A DNA stretch of 64,000 nucleotides from Amoebophrya sp. A120 (GCA_905178155.1 CAJINV010000004.1:11439114-11503113); one strand, 5' to 3'; counted from the stretch's first letter, positions 9,514-23,795 are shown. Made by a program: numbers and translations. The notes: generated from the sequence alone by a model not told the origin.

Positions 9514-12500
9514 TTACTTTTGATTCTTCGAATCCGCCCGACTAGTTCTGCCACTGCTCTCCGCCGGCCACTCACTCACCGACGCCGCCGTCGTTCCGGT
9601 TCTTTTCACGATGCTGGTCTGCCGCTTCTTCGGAATTGCCGTGGCCAAAACCCGCGACGCGGTCTTCACCCTCCTCTGCTTCGGTAACACTGGTGGCGGG
9701 CCTTGCCCCGGCACAACAAGTCCAGCTTTATTTCTGCTACCACTGGAAATAAACGTCGACGCACAAGCATGGTCCAGGTCGATTGTGATTTGCGACGACT
9801 GCGTCGAGAGTTGCTTCGAATGAGGAACAACCTCTTGCTCTTTAAAAGAAGACGACATGAGAACGCTGTCCTCCGCCCGCTGGAAAATTGCCTCCGTCGC
9901 GATCTCCACAGTTATCCAAGAAAAAAACATTGTAGGTGTAACTTTTTTGGTTTTGGAGGAACAGCATTACAAATTTGTCTGGCATGACAGCAAAAACCTG
10001 TCATGCGCAGATAGTATGTGAAAACGCCCTTTAATGGACCCTGCGATGCATGCCAAGCATGACAGACGCAATCATCTTGCATGTTGCGCATCACAAATTT
10101 ACACTAACAACGTGTTTTTCTTGGATAACAGTGGCCTGCAGGCTACTGGTAGTCGACGGCGGCGCGTCTTTCTGACCGTCGACCTTTTTGCTCGTCGACG
10201 AGGAGTATCAAATGCAAAAACGTCTGGGTCTAGAAACTTGTGATGCTGGGTGGCGTATCATGAGGAGGCCACAAGTGCTGGCTCAGCATGACAAGTTTCT
10301 GAGCCTCTAGGTGTTGCCTATTCGGCATGACAAACTGCGTTTCTGCATGACAGAAAAGTGGCGCTCTTGGGTAACGTGCATGACAGATTTGAGAGTCATG
10401 CCAGACAAGCATGACAAACATGCACTCTTCCAGACCCAGACATTTTTACGTTTGATAAGGAGGACCGGGTTGCCCAGGCGGGCTTCGCTTTCGGCGCGGA
10501 TGGAAATAATTCCTCTGTAGCAGTGGCTTCGACGTTCAATGTTTGTTCCTGAACTTCATTTGCTGCTGCACTTTCGACAGGAATGTCTTCCTCCGTCCGA
10601 TGCGTCCTCGCAGACTGTGCGTCTTCGAACGAGCCGAGGTTTGCTTCGGAGGCACTATGTGGTCCACCTCTCAACCACTTCTTCGAGATGTTCTTCGTCG
10701 CAGCAGCGCCGCTTTCCGCCCCGGTGCCGCCGTCTTGCATTAGCTCGGATTCGCTGCAGACCGCGGTAGCGACGGTGCCTTCCTCCACTTCGGATGGGTT
10801 ATTTTGGCTCGCGGAGATAGAAGACGCGCTGTGGGTCTGTTGTGGTTCTACATCTACTCCCGAAGCAGATGCAGCAGCGCCAGGTGTGTGCTCCTCTTTT
10901 GCCGCGTCCTGGGGCTGCTCGTCTGCAACAAGAAGATCTGGTGACCTCCCCAGAGGTTGTTCCGGTCGTGGCATTCGCATTTCTTCGTTTTTAACACTCG
11001 CGGAAAACACGATCGGAGCTGCTGGCTCTTCTACAGCACCATTTTTCCCGGAACAATCCTTTTGTTCTTCCACAGCGAGGACAGCAGGCCGAGACTCAAC
11101 ACACTCCGCAGTCTCCGGCGTTGACACAACTGCGGCACTTTCCTCGACTCCTTGCTCCGAAGCAGACGATGATGCGGAGTTTTTCGTTGCCACAGCAGGC
11201 CCAGTTCCCGCGATCATCGCCACGACGCTCTGCTTCGCCGCCTTCATTGCCTCTGCCAACTTCGTGTTCTGAAACTGCGGCCCCTCCGCCATTCTCCGCT
11301 CACACAAAATAGCTGCCGCGTGCGCCCGCAGCGAATCTACGCCCGCTTTCATTGAGAGGAAAAATCCCCCCTCCCCATATCAAAACGAAATTTCTGATGC
11401 TGGCTCTGTGTACACAAATCGGCTTTGTAAAGCAGGAAGGCACTGCGGCCAGATCCCCAGGCTAGGTAGGGGCGTATGGGTCTAGTTGTTCAGCATGGCA
11501 AACGGCTCCGCTTTAAGCCCAACAGCATGGCAAACCGCTTCCATAATGGGGCGGAAGCTTCTGCCCTTGTCTTCTTGCAAGACGCATGTGATTTGTGACC
11601 TCAAATCAGCAACACAAATTTTCGGAAACATAGCTTTTCAATATGGGGAGGGGGGATTTTTCATTTTGATAGCTTTCTTGAATTCCGACACCGTCCACGG
11701 AGCTGCTTCGTCCTCCGTCGTGCTGGAGTGAGGACCACCAGCCGTTTGTTGTTGTTCCCGCGCTATACCCGCCGGCAAGGTACAATTCACATGGGGTCTC
11801 GCCGTGGAGGAAGCGGACGACCGGGCGGAAACAAGTTCTCGTGTCGTCGACGGGCCTGGAGGTGGCTTCCGGGTGTAGTTTATCGCTGTTGAATTCAAGT
11901 GCTGCGCTTGGCTGTTCACGTCCGCAATCATGGACTCGATTAAAGACTCGTTGTAGAACAGATGTGCCTGTGGAGACACCACCTTCTCCGTGTAAAACAA
12001 ACTCTTCATGGCCTCGGTTTTCGCCGTGGCCGCCACCTTCTTCGGCGTGGTCTTGACTTTCAGCGGCTCCTTCGCACCTCCAGCAGGTCCTCCTTTCGCA
12101 GCAACGCCACCCGGAGACGGCTTCCTTGCTGCCTTCTCCGCCGACCCTGGGGGCTTCTTCGCCGCCGGCGCTGCTGCTTTACCGCTTGCGACCTTCTTTG
12201 CACCCGCTTTCTTCGCTGCGGCCTTCTTCTTCGGCGCGGCGGCAGTGGCTGCTTCGCCGCCGTTATCCGGGAGTTGGTAGGTCTGCTCGTCCTCTTCCTC
12301 AATTGCCGGGACCGCTGGTTCCTTGCTGGCGTCGCTGGGCTTGGTGGGAGACCTTTGATAGATTTCATTTTCACCCAAGTAACTCAAGAAATTCGCATCT
12401 TCAATGCGGTAGTACACAAGCTGAGAATGAATAGGAATGATCCGCAACACACAAAACGCATGAAATGGATCAATTCTATGACTTTATCCTGTACTCTGAA

Positions 12501-15500
12501 TCCTCCCCTGTCAGCTGGTCATCCACGTCGACCGCCGCTTGCGAGATTTCTCCCTTCGCGTAGTCCGCCTCGTCCGCCCCGGTGTCGATCGTGACCGCTT
12601 TTGTGGTGCCAGCGACAGCCTGATCGCCTGCGTTTTCCCCTTCCGGCTGTTTCAACCGGAACGAGCGCGTCGTCGGGTTCGCCGCCTTCTGCAACGCCTC
12701 CAAGTCCCTCAAGGTCGGCACTTTGCCCGCACCGAGAATACCCCCCTTCTCCACGTACGCGAATTATGGATGTGTCAGGATCGAAATTGACACAATCGAA
12801 ATAATTTGTCATGCATAAAATGGATTCCAGTTCGGCCCCAGTTTCTAAGTGGCGCATGCCAAATTCTGGTGGTGCCTAAATCCAGTTTGTAATGCTGCTT
12901 AGGCAAAGAAGACTGATTCTCTCATGCTGCTTTAGCAGCTCGAGCTCTAGTCCCAAACAGGCTTACAATCGGACTCACTTGCCTGCTCTGCAGCACACGT
13001 ATTTCGCGTCATGCATTTTATGCATCACAAATTTTTCGACTTTGTCGATTTCGATTCTGACACTTCCATACGAATTTGGGCTTCCGTAGCCCGTCCTCCG
13101 CGTACATGGCCGCGGCGGACGAGGTATGCTGTGCAAAAGTATCGCACTCGTAGTAATCGCAGTCATGCAATACAAATCTCCTTCTTAACCTAAATCCGCA
13201 TTACAAATTCCATTTTCCATGCTGAGGGAATTTGTCATGCATTTTCTACTAGTACGTTACTTTTGCAATGCATACGAGGGCGCCTGGGACCCGGTCTGCG
13301 GCACTAGGATCGCCAACGCGTTCACCTGTGCCGCCATCTGCTGCACTTGCTGCTGCACGGAGAAAAGCGCCTTCTGCCAATCCTCGGGCGGAGGGTTTTG
13401 CGATTGCTGTTGCTGTTCTTGTGGGGACTGGTACAGAACATGATCCCGCGGTTGGGCGGCTTGAGACTCGGGAGATTGGGTGGCGCGGGACTGTGGTTAT
13501 TCATATAATGGTACTAGGTGATTCAAGAAAATCACTTTGAAGAAGTTTGCGTGCCGCGTATCATGCAAACCAAACAACAATCTATCACACAAAACTAAAA
13601 CCCCATACCGGCGTCGAAAACGAGTTCCCGGATCCCGCCAGCCCCGCCGAAAACTTCGGCACCGGCATCACCGTTTCCGCCGCCGGCACCCACTGCTTGG
13701 CCGGTGGTGGCAGCCGGATGTCCGCTGGCAGATCCCTCGTTTTGTTCCCCGCAGAGTCTTTGCTGTCGTTTTTCAGTGTGCGAGGCGACTTCACCACTTC
13801 GAGCCCCTGGTCCCGAATCTGCTCCGCCAATTCGTTGATACGTCGCGGTGACCCCGCATCGGAAAGCTCCTGCATCATCAACGGGAGTTGTGGCGGATTC
13901 GTCATCAGCATGGGCGGCGGCATCAACCGCGGCGTGGAGGACAGCATTTGCAAATACTGCCTCTGCTGATCCAGGGAGCCCGGGCCAATTTTGAACTCGG
14001 ACAGCTGCACGGTTCCCGGTTGTTGCGGTGGAAGATTTGGGGCCGGAACTGCTGCACCGGGTTGTTTGTTCGGATGAAGCACAGGCTGGACGACTTGAAG
14101 ATGCCCCGCATTTTGCGCAGCAGCTGCCATCTGTGTCGGGGAGACCGGCTCCGGTAAGTCTGACAGTTTGACTTGCGGTTTATTCATTCCCCCTTGCACA
14201 AATTGTTTCGGCCCAGAAGGAGCCGGGGCGGAAATTGTTGTACGAGTGACCCCTGCGGCCGGCCCGGCCTGAAGACCTCCGCTCTCTGTGATTTCCATTC
14301 CCATCGGCGGTTCCACCACGGTGAAATACCTGCTTTTCCTGGACGATACGCTCATCATGGTCCTGTTGCTGCTCGCCATTTCCGCAGAAGAACTCGAACT
14401 GCGCCCCTGGTTCGGGACGACGACCCCTTGTGCTTGCTCCCCTAGAACTTCAGCTTTATTTCTGCTTCCGGAAGCTCTCGGCGACGACCGCGTCCGTCTT
14501 TTCTCGTCTTTGGCCGCTTTCGCCAGAGCCGCCTCCTCCGCGTTGGAAAACAAAAACTTCTCCGCGCCACCGGGCACCCCGTCCATGCGAAATTTGCCGT
14601 TCACAATCCGGATCTTCTTCACTTCGTACTCGTCTCCCTCATACGTGGTGGAAGAGATAACTTCCGTGTTGGAAACCGACTCGTATGGAGCGACGTCATC
14701 AATGAAATTGTTCAGACTCTTCGTCGCCATCATAGAATGCGCGGGAACGGGGTTCGGAAGGCTGAGCCGGTTCACGGAAATCCGGGAAACGCGCAGAGGA
14801 CTGCCACGGATGGGGCTTAACCTGATAGGTTTTTGAAAAATCCAGGAAGCACATTTTGGAAAAATCGGACAGAACATTCCTTTTTGCACGCCAGAAACAA
14901 CGATCCCAGCACTTTGATTTGGGTAAAAGTAAAATTACCTAGGTGTCCCAATCTCCTGCATCGCCAGCACCGTTGGCGCCTCCAGTTTCCTCTGCGTTTG
15001 CTGCAACCCGGGCGCCACAGTGGAAACCCTCGTCGGCGGGTTGAAGCTCTTGCTCATGCTGTCGCTGGGGTTCATCGCCCCGGCCTGACCAACCGGCGAG
15101 TACGACTGCGGTCTCGGCAAGCCCAAGTCTTCCTGCGGCACAGACTGGATGTTCCCGGCGATCTGTCTCGGGACCGCGACGAAGGACAAGTCCGCTTTTA
15201 CCTTGTTCGCACTGGTTTTCCTCAGCGACTCCACTTTCTGCTCCATGCGGTCCTGCAACTCCTCCTTCCCGGCGAGTTTCACGTTTTCTTGCGTCAAAAG
15301 GTTAAACGGCAGCTTCACTTTCGGCCTCTTCTGCTGCTCCCGCACCTGCTCCTCGTAGTACAGCTGCGCTTCCGACTTCCGCTCCCGGGGCGTGAAGGAT
15401 CCGAGGCCGCTGCGCTGGAACTTCAGGTCGAACTGTTGCCGGTGTTCCGCGAAGCTCGCCAGCTTCGAGGGTCTCTGCTCCAAGAGAAACGAGGGTACGT

Positions 15501-16442
15501 CCGCTTTCAGCTTTATCACTTGCCGGGGCGTGGGGTTCTGTTGTATAACCTTCTCAGGTATTACAATCCCAAACGTTACAGCACAATATGGAAATCTGTA
15601 ATGCAAGAAGTGCATTATCAGGCCAGCTCTCATAGGATTGCGCACGACAAGTTCCGGAGTCCGAAACCGCACTACAATCTGGCGAAATTTGTATTGCAGA
15701 AAGTGGAACTCTCTGCGAGTCCGTCAAGCTCATTATGCAATACAAAATCCAGACCCTATTGTAACGTTTGAGATTGTAACTTTTGAGCAGGTCATATGTT
15801 GCAGCTCCTCCTTCTGGATTTCCTTCCGCTCCACCGGGTTGCGCAGCTTTCCGCGGACTACTCGGGGCTCGTCATTGTCGTTATAGAACAACCCGATCGG
15901 GCCGGCGTTGGAGATGACCAACGGGGCTGCTGGGGGCAGGGAACGAAACGCTTTGTTCGTGTCAAACGTTCTTGGGACATTAAAATCGAACTGCGGAACT
16001 TTTGCGAAGGTGAAACTAGGCTGCCGCGCAGCTGGTTGGATGTTGACGAATCTGGTTTGATGTTCTTGTTGGCGCTGCTGGTGTTCCAAGGTGATTTTTC
16101 GTTCTTCTTCCTCCAGAAGCTTTTTCGTGACCAAATCCCGGGCAATTTGGTGGTGATCCGCGGCGGCAGACCGCTTTTTCCCTGATTCCGTCACGAAAAC
16201 GGTCTTGCTGGCCTCGGGGGTATCTGAGTAATATACGAGGTTTTCATTTTTCCCGTTTTAGGCTGCACAGCTCGTCAACTTTTATTCACAAACAAACAAA
16301 TGAAAAATTTCCTTATACGTCCGATCAAGGCATCCTCTTTGGCCGGAGGCGATCTCTGTTGCTTTTTCGCTACTTGCCGCCGACTCCGCGGTGTGTCCCG
16401 CACTGGCGTTGACTTTGCTTTAGGACGGTGACCTGACCTCAT
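9514..16442 (-). CDS. Large low-complexity hypothetical protein, multi-exon (both ends uncertain)
   Basis: ORF segments 15733-16194, 14935-15672, 13585-14889, 12476-12754, 11638-12450, 10396-11352 and 9514-9930 join in frame across six TIR introns and GT-AG introns (e.g. 14822-14938). The junction near 12420-12490 and both termini are unresolved. Confidence 0.6.
9913..10127. mobile_element. TIR intron element, family C
   Basis: TATCCAAGAAAAAAAC...GTGTTTTTCTTGGATA; TSD ACAGT; removal gives QATV|EIATE in frame. Confidence 0.92.
10206..10457. mobile_element. TIR intron element, family A
   Basis: TSD AGGAG; interior is the reverse complement of 54046-54298; frame restored on removal. Confidence 0.93.
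11350..11671. mobile_element. TIR intron element, family F
   Basis: CATTGAGAGGAAAAATCCCCCCTCCCCATAT...ATATGGGGAGGGGGGATTTTTCATTTTGATA; TSD GCTTT; removal gives FKKA|GVDSL. Confidence 0.92.
12765..13070. mobile_element. TIR intron element, family D
   Basis: 306 bp close copy of 2252-2557; TSD CGAAT; removal gives KPKF|AYVEKG. Confidence 0.95.
13125..13274. mobile_element. TIR intron element, family G (150 bp)
   Basis: TATGCTGTGCAAAAGTATCGCACTCGTAG...CTACTAGTACGTTACTTTTGCAATGCATA; TSD CGAGG; frame restored. Confidence 0.92.
15544..15796. mobile_element. TIR intron element, family I
   Basis: TATAACCTTCTCAGGTATTACAATCCCAAACGTTACA...TGTAACGTTTGAGATTGTAACTTTTGAGCAGGTCATA; TSD TGTTG; removal gives ELQQ|NPTPR. 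Confidence 0.92.
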
Positions 16443-16754
16443 TCTATATGTTGTAATCTGTAATTTTACTAATCTATTTTACTACAAAGTACTATTGTGC
16501 CCTACACAATTTGCTTCTGAGAGCCCGCACCGCCGACACAAAAAAAAAGAACCAACCGCCTGGAAAACCGAATTCAATAATCAAAAAACTTCATTTGCGA
16601 AGGGCGACAGTAACGATTTCCGCACGAGCTTCGTTGCAGTACACCCAAAGAGAAGTCACAGCAGCAGAGACGAAGGAATACACAGCCACAACGAATTTTC
16701 AATTTCAAGAGGTTTCACATTCATCAACATTGGAAACGATTTTTTTTTTCACGA

Positions 16755-19753
16755 TCACAACGTGGTGCAACGACAATTAATCATACTTGATTTCACGAAC
16801 AGTGCACCCTGAGCTTGACGTAGATGTCGAGTTTCATTGCATGAAAATTGACCACGAAATAGAACAGCATAGTAGGACAAGCGAAAACCCCGTGCATCAA
16901 AATGCGAAAACGACAAGAGCTCCTGCTGTCTTCCATCGATAGATTCTGTAGCGCTTTTATACTCTTCGTCGTCAGAGAGGCTGATATCGTCGAAATTGTC
17001 ATTGTCATTAGATGTCAAGCTTTTATTGTTTGCCAAGTCTGTCGCATTCATATTGGGCACAACTCCGCTTCCAGTTGTAGACAGTTGTCCCGCCGTAAGA
17101 TTACAACTTCGAGCATTGCCCAACGACAGCGACTCCCTTTGCGACAACAAAAAGTCGTCCGCTTCATTCAAGTTTGCGTTCATAAGTGTCAGCAAATCCG
17201 CCTCGGAGCTACCTTTGTTCACGGGCGAACTACCCGCACCTCCCGTCGGACTCCCAGTCGTCCCTGTCCCGATCGTGGCACTGCTAACCGTGTTGAGAAT
17301 TTCCCCGGTTGACGTGGTCACCGTTGTAACGAGATCCCCGGCTGCGGTGGTGACAAGGCCCAACCCGGAGCCGGCTAATTCCAACCCTGCACTTGTCGCA
17401 GACCCGGCGAACTCCAGCCCCGCGGTTGTCGCGGTTGCGGTGGTGGAAGTCAGAGTTTCCGCGGCCGTGGCGGTCGCGGACACCACGGTCGAACCGGTAG
17501 TGTAGAGGCCCTCGGCGGTCGTGCTCATGAGCTGATACGGTGCGTCCAGGACCGTGTCGAGAAGGGTGGACTCGTCTTCAGTTGCGGATGGAGTTGAGCC
17601 GTCTGGGGCACTTGCATTTTCGCTTGCGGAATTTGAATTTGCTTTTGGCGGTAAACAATCTTCGGCATTATTTTCCTCTTTTTGGAGGGAACCAGAAAAG
17701 GCAGCTACGTCTTTGCTCGATTTCTTGATGATCTCCGGGCCAGAGGTGGGACTAGATTTGTCGCGTTGTTCTTTCTTATTGCCACTAGTACTACTACCCT
17801 TGCTGCTGGGACTACTCGGTCGGGAGGGTGACTGCCTCACCGGTCTTTGCCACTCGGCCTCAACCGCTGGGTCGCAACTACTGGAGGCCGCTTCCTCCTT
17901 TGCAATTTTGTCCTCCCCGCGGCCCTCCAAAGGACTTGGCTCGGCAGAAGTTGCGCAACTCCCAGACGAGCCTGTAGTCACATAGGAAAGAAGTCCGGAA
18001 AACAGGCCTGCGCTGGATAGAGTATCTGGCTCTTGCTCCCCTCTATCACTCGTGTTCATCTGCTCTGCTGCGATACTGCCTGCGGAAGTATCGGCGCCGT
18101 CCGTCCTGCCACTCGCGGATGTTGCGGTATCCAGTTTCGGAATCTCCTTTAGCTCCACGTCTGGCGCTGCAGATCCACCACCCCAGAGACTGCTGATCCA
18201 AGACGTGCCGGTTTGTTCGCTTGCCTTCGGTGGAGAATGATTCCTGTCGACGTCAGACTTCAGATAGCTGAACGTATCCGCAGCCTCTGCAGCATAATCG
18301 TCTTTGCTCGTGTTATTCCTCATGCGGTGTGGAGTTCCTGCTACTTTTTGCGGCGAACAATTCTTTTCCCCTTCAGACTTTGTTCTTTTGCTCAGGCTCT
18401 CTGACGCAGAGGACTTGTCCTGCGCTTCCTTGATCTCCGTACTGAGCACTATCTCGATGTCCTGGTAGTCGGGTTGAAGAACGTCGTCATCAGGAGCTCC
18501 TTCTACCCCTGCTGCTCCACCTTCCTGATTGCTTTGACCTCCCCGCCGACTCAAAAACAGATCCCCCACCACTGCCACGCCCTTCGCGCCCGAACGGATC
18601 ACGGGCTCGACCGGGACTTTTTCTAGCAAAGAGCCCCCGATCGACAGTCCGTAGTCCACGGAGGAGCGGGACACTTGGAACAGGCTCCGGCCAAGCACCC
18701 CGAACCAGTACTTGGCGGGCATGGTTTCGGGGACAGCAAGGTCCAGGGCGACCGCCCCGACAGAGTAGCCGGTGTCGGCGGCGGTGAGGAGGCCGACGCG
18801 TGCGGTGGTGGAAACCGTGGAGAGAACGAGAGACGAAACGAAACCTGAATTTGGGTTGAAGAATGTTGAAAAAGAAAACTGTCATTGCAAGCGTAATACT
18901 GGTGAAGGTCAACTTGAGTCCTTAGATACTTATGCGTGTAAACGACGTCGGGAGCAGAGCATGATTTCATCTCTAACGCAAGCACTCCATACTTACCCGT
19001 CGTGCTCGCTACTGTATCGAGAACCGCCACGTGGCTTTCCAGCATCTGCGACAGGGGCCTGACCCGGATGTCATCCTGCGAAGACGCGGAGCTTGACGTT
19101 CTGCCATTCTGGTTCTGCAGAATCTCCCGGATTTCTGACAGCACTCGTTTCCGCTTCCTCTGGTACTGCGAATCCAGCTGCTGCAGCCGTTTCGCCCTTC
19201 TTTCCTCTCTTTTCCTCTCCTGACAAGCTGTCTCGTCTTCGGCGCTCGCTGCAGGGATGTCTGCGTTATTTCTGCCGTTCGGATTTCCTTCCTTATCTGG
19301 CGAGGGCGGTAACACAATCGCCATCCCATCATCTTCCTCGTCGAGACTCGCTAGTGCCTGCGCTTTTGGCGCCACGGCGGGCGAGTTTACTTGTTCCAAA
19401 GACCGCGTTGTTGAAAAATCTTCCTGCGAGGAAAATTCTGCTTCGTCGTCGAAATCATCGCCTAAACCATCAGATACAAAAATTTTCTGCTTCCTCTGCG
19501 CATGGACCGCCCGGTCGATCTCCGTGATGCGGTTCCACAGCGCCAGCGTCTTCTGCTGCTTTCCGTGGCGCTTCAGCAAGTCGCAAAGCCGGGAGAGGAC
19601 GATTGACATCTCGTCCGAGACATCGCCAAACTCCTGTTCCACATTCGCGATTTGTTGGACATACGCCTGGAGCTGCAACGCATACAGCTCTGCAGCCTCT
19701 TCCACGTCTTCAGGCAGGGCGCTCGAGGAAGCTGCTGCCATCTTGTTTTCCAT
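16755..19753 (-). CDS. Hypothetical Ser/Thr-rich protein with an N-terminal TPR-like helix pair; GT-AG intron 18845-18996
   Basis: ORFs 18623-19753 and 16755-18722 join in frame through GTAAGT...TTCAG (STTG|FVSSLVL); 3' end uncertain. Confidence 0.65.
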
Positions 19754-20133
19754 ATAATCTACGTTAAAATTTTCATAGTATACGCACCTTCCCCGCCTGT
19801 TGCTACATCAAAGCTTGTTGAGCTTTGTAGGTACTCGCTCCCAGGATGAAACACAGTCAGCTGTGGTCTTGCTCTTGCAGCATAACCGGTACGACCAAGA
19901 AGCAAACCAACTCCACGAACACGCTTTCAGTTGCGGCGAGACACCAGTGTGAGTCCATACGTGTGTGTCAGAAAGTGAAAGCATACTCGTCACTAGATGA
20001 AGGAATTCGCTTGATAAGAAGCATCTTTTTGCCGCTACAAAGGAGCCACACGACATAAGATATGTTGCAAAAGCATTTCGACAGAAGCTGTGAGACAGCA
20101 GCGTTGGAACGAGAGATAGGACAGTCACGACCT

Positions 20134-23100
20134 TCAGTACATCTGGTGGCTGTACACCGCCGCAGCACCATTTCTCGTCGTGTACACCGCCCCGGGCGGC
20201 ATCGCAGCCGAGCCCCCACTGGTACGCGGATGTTGATCTCCCGATATCGTTGCTGCGGTGTGCCCCGCCGGTGGTCCTCCAGCAGTTCTGTTCAAAGGCG
20301 TTGACGACACGTTGTTGAAATTCTGCGTCTGCACGTTGTTGTAATCGAAGTTGGCGTAAATTTGGTCCAGCTGTGCGGTGCTGTTTATCTGCTGATCCCC
20401 GCCTCCTTCGTCGTCTTCCTCCGTCCCGTTCCCGCCGTAGCACTTCTTCCCCAAATTGCTCAGACTTGTGTACATGGAATCCAGCGTGCTGGCAATCCGG
20501 GCGAACCGGTGGATCCAGGCGGGGAGGGGGCCGACGCCGAGTTGGATGCAAAATTCGTCGGCGAAGTGGCAGCAGTTCCGGCGGAGCAAGTCGTAGTCGT
20601 CGCCCGGCCACTTTTCCACCGCGTTTCCGAGAAGTTCCGCGATGTTCTCGTTCGTCAGCTTACAAAGCCCCACGAAGATGGTTTGCCGGTATCTTTGGTT
20701 TTTGATGATCTTTTGTTGCTGGTGCAGAAATTTGTTGCTGGGGCAGAAGTTTGTTGCTGGGGCAGAAATCTTCAAAGTACAACTGCAGCAACATGCGTCT
20801 CATAGGGTTATTTGAATGTAGGAAGAGATCCTCCTCTCCTGTAATACAAAAATCCTACCTGTGCTGCGAATGCTGTTTCGGTTCGTTACAGGCGATGCCG
20901 CAAGCGGTGTCCGAAAACGTCGCACCGTAACTCCATTCCAACCCGTTAACCTCCACGCCCGCGTGGAATATGCCGCCGAGCTTGATCGGCGATTTTTTGT
21001 GGGCGGTGAACCGGTTGAGCCGTTTGATGGAGTCTTCCTGCGACACGTCGTACACGTGAACGAAGACGGGGATTCCGTTCGTCACGTTGCACTCCCAAAT
21101 TCCGCCCGTGATGTCCGTCCCGTCTCGCGGGAGTTCTCGGTAGATTTTTGGCGGCTTTTTCGGCACGATGGCATTGCCATACTCGTCGTACTGAATGGGT
21201 GTAGTCTCAGTAAAATCCGGCTCCCCGGAAGACGCAGATCCGGTGGCGGTAGAGGCCGTTTCTTGGTCATACAAATCCACCCCAAGCTTCGTTGTATTCG
21301 AGCTGCGATTCTTTATTCCGGTAGCATTACTAGTAGCATTACCACCGCCACTACTTCCGCGCCACGCACCACCTCCTGGCGGCTGCTCAACCGCACGCAT
21401 AATGCCGGAGAAGAGGGTGGTACTAGTATTTCCGGGATTTTCGTTTGGTATCTGATCAGCATAATTTCCAGCTTCTTCGCCCGAGGAGCCTGATGTAGCA
21501 TTTGCGAAATTCCTTTTGTTTGTCCCAGAAAATAACCTCCCGGGCTCACCAACGTAGTCCGGCCGGATGTCGATCTTGTGCTGGTTCGGCAACACGGTTA
21601 AGGGTTGTCTTCTCTCGAACTCCCGGGGGTCCAGGTACTGCGTCGCTTCCCCCGCTTCCTCCTCGCTAAATTCGTAGTCGACGTGCTGCAACCTCCGGCT
21701 GTAGATTGCGGCTTCGTTCAGCCACGCGAGCGTCAGGATAGTAAGTTGCTCCTCGGAGATCGTCTGCTGGTCTTGCGGGAAACTGTCGGTGACGCACTGT
21801 GTATAGTAAATCATGCTATACAGAGTCTTCTCATCTCTTGTCTTTAAAATACCGAGACAACTAGTACAACAACTCCTGTAGTAGGTCATCAAGAAACTTC
21901 TGCTTTCAGATTCATACGAGGTTGTCAAAACCTGAAAAGATTTCTCTCGCCTGCCCAGAGCTGCAGACAGCACAACACAACTTACTTCCATACCATACCT
22001 GTTGACAGTCCAGCCAGAAGGGCTTAGTGTTTCCACTCGCGATCCCCACCGCGTGCTCCAGTTCCAGCCGCAAACTGCTGTGCGACACCTTGTCGGGCCC
22101 GTGCTTGTGCAGAATCCGTTCCCGCAGGATCTCCAGCTCCAGAAACAAACTTTGACTGGTCGGTAGTTTCGCGCCGCGCCGGTGCGCCCAGTGGCCCGAT
22201 TTGAGCAGGACCGTGCCGATCCCGCGCCAGAAGAGAAAGAAAGGGATTTTTCGGAACTCGGGGGATGCGGAGCTAGTGGCAGTGGCGGCGGTACTACTAC
22301 GACTACCTTGGGCAGCTTCTTCAACGGCATGATTTGTGGGTGGGTTCGCCGCGGTGGAAGAGGACGACCCGCCGATCTGCTCGTTCGGTGGCTGACGCTG
22401 AGTGCGTATGGCACTAGCAGGTGGTAGATCTGCTCCACCGACGTCTTTGTCCGGAGTTGGGTCGCAGTTCTTTGGTACGACGTCCGATGGCTCAGGAATT
22501 GCATTTACTTCCTCGAGCAGCTCTATCCTCGAGGGATCTAGTACAACTTCTCCTACTGCTTCATCTGGGTTTATTTTTTGTGACGGTACAACTTCTACTT
22601 CTATGCCCTCCGCCAGTGGAGCTCCGGCCTTCGCCGTACTCAGCTCGTTTGGTGCCCCGTCTTCTATAATTCCGTCCTCGGAAGAACTGGTGCTGTCGTC
22701 TTGCAGCGAATCGACTGGGGGCGTCATCTCCTGCAGAAACTGCTCCAACGTCAGAAACCCTTCTCCCAGTTGCGTTTCCAGGTAACTGTAGCCACAACCC
22801 AAGTAGGCCGCGTCCACTTTCCAACCGCTGTCCGGCTCGCAGGCGGACCAGGCCTCCAACACCATCTCGAGACTCGTAGTGTTGCTGGTCATGTTATCGG
22901 AGGAAGACAGGTTGTTCGCCGCGGTCTTCGGGTTAGACGTCATATTCGCAAATAAACTTCCGGACGGTGGGAGGTCGCGGTCTTCGTGGACTTTTAGTAA
23001 AAACGGGTCGAACTCGACGTCCTCGTCATCCTCATGTATAGGGGGCGGAAAGAGCGAATAGCTTTCCCGGTAAAAATTACTGCGCTTTGTGTTGAAGCGG

Positions 23101-23306
23101 ACTGACAATGTTGTGCGCGAAAACAAGTGCGAGACAAAGTAAACATGGTATGAAAATGAACAAAGCAGGTATCTTTGATTGGCTAGGGGTCGTACTCGGA
23201 GCCGTTCTCGATGCGTAACAAACGATGTCTTTTCCATGGGTCCTGGATAATATTTTTTGCCGCGATAAAGTCTTGGATACTGGACTTTAACCGTTGTCGG
23301 CACCAT
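20134..23306 (-). CDS. PPPDE/DeSI family (peptidase C97) desumoylating isopeptidase-like protein with a long N-terminal extension
   Basis: VHVYDV...GGIFHAGVEVNGLEWSYG (catalytic His) and YDLLRRNCCHFADEFC...LPAWIHRFA (catalytic Cys); GT-AG intron 20693-20858 and another starting near 21997; start codon uncertain. Confidence 0.85.
20712..20768. repeat. 19-bp tandem repeat x3 inside an intron
   Basis: TTTGTTGCTGG(T/G)GCAGAA(A/G) repeated three times. Confidence 0.85.
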
Positions 23307-23795
23307 GTAGAACGAACTTTACCCTAAAAATACAGCTGCATCTTTGATGTGTAGTTTTCAATCCGCAAGACGACCGATGAGTCAACTAGGCCTCAGTTTT
23401 CACACCAAAGCATAAACGTCGAACGCAACCAAATGGTTATCTCTACGTCATGTCTTTACCGGGCGCGGTCGGCGGAGCTGAAAACTTGTCAAAGAATTGC
23501 AATTGCGCTATTTTTTCGTATCATTTTCCGCAGGTAAATCTTACAAGCGCTTTCATCTAGTCATCAAGAAGTTCTTGTGGCCGTCGAAAAATCAGAGCCC
23601 ACTGAAGACAGTTTTTGTTCAACACACACCAGACACAGGAGCAAAAAACGAGTTCTTTTCGAAGTCAATTACTTAATAAATACTTTCATTGCAAAAAGAA
23701 ATCAGGAAAAATTTTTGAAATGCAGGCTCCGCTATCATTACACGCACAACAACACAATCTTCAACTTTCCACATTAGTACAGCAAATTCGTATCT

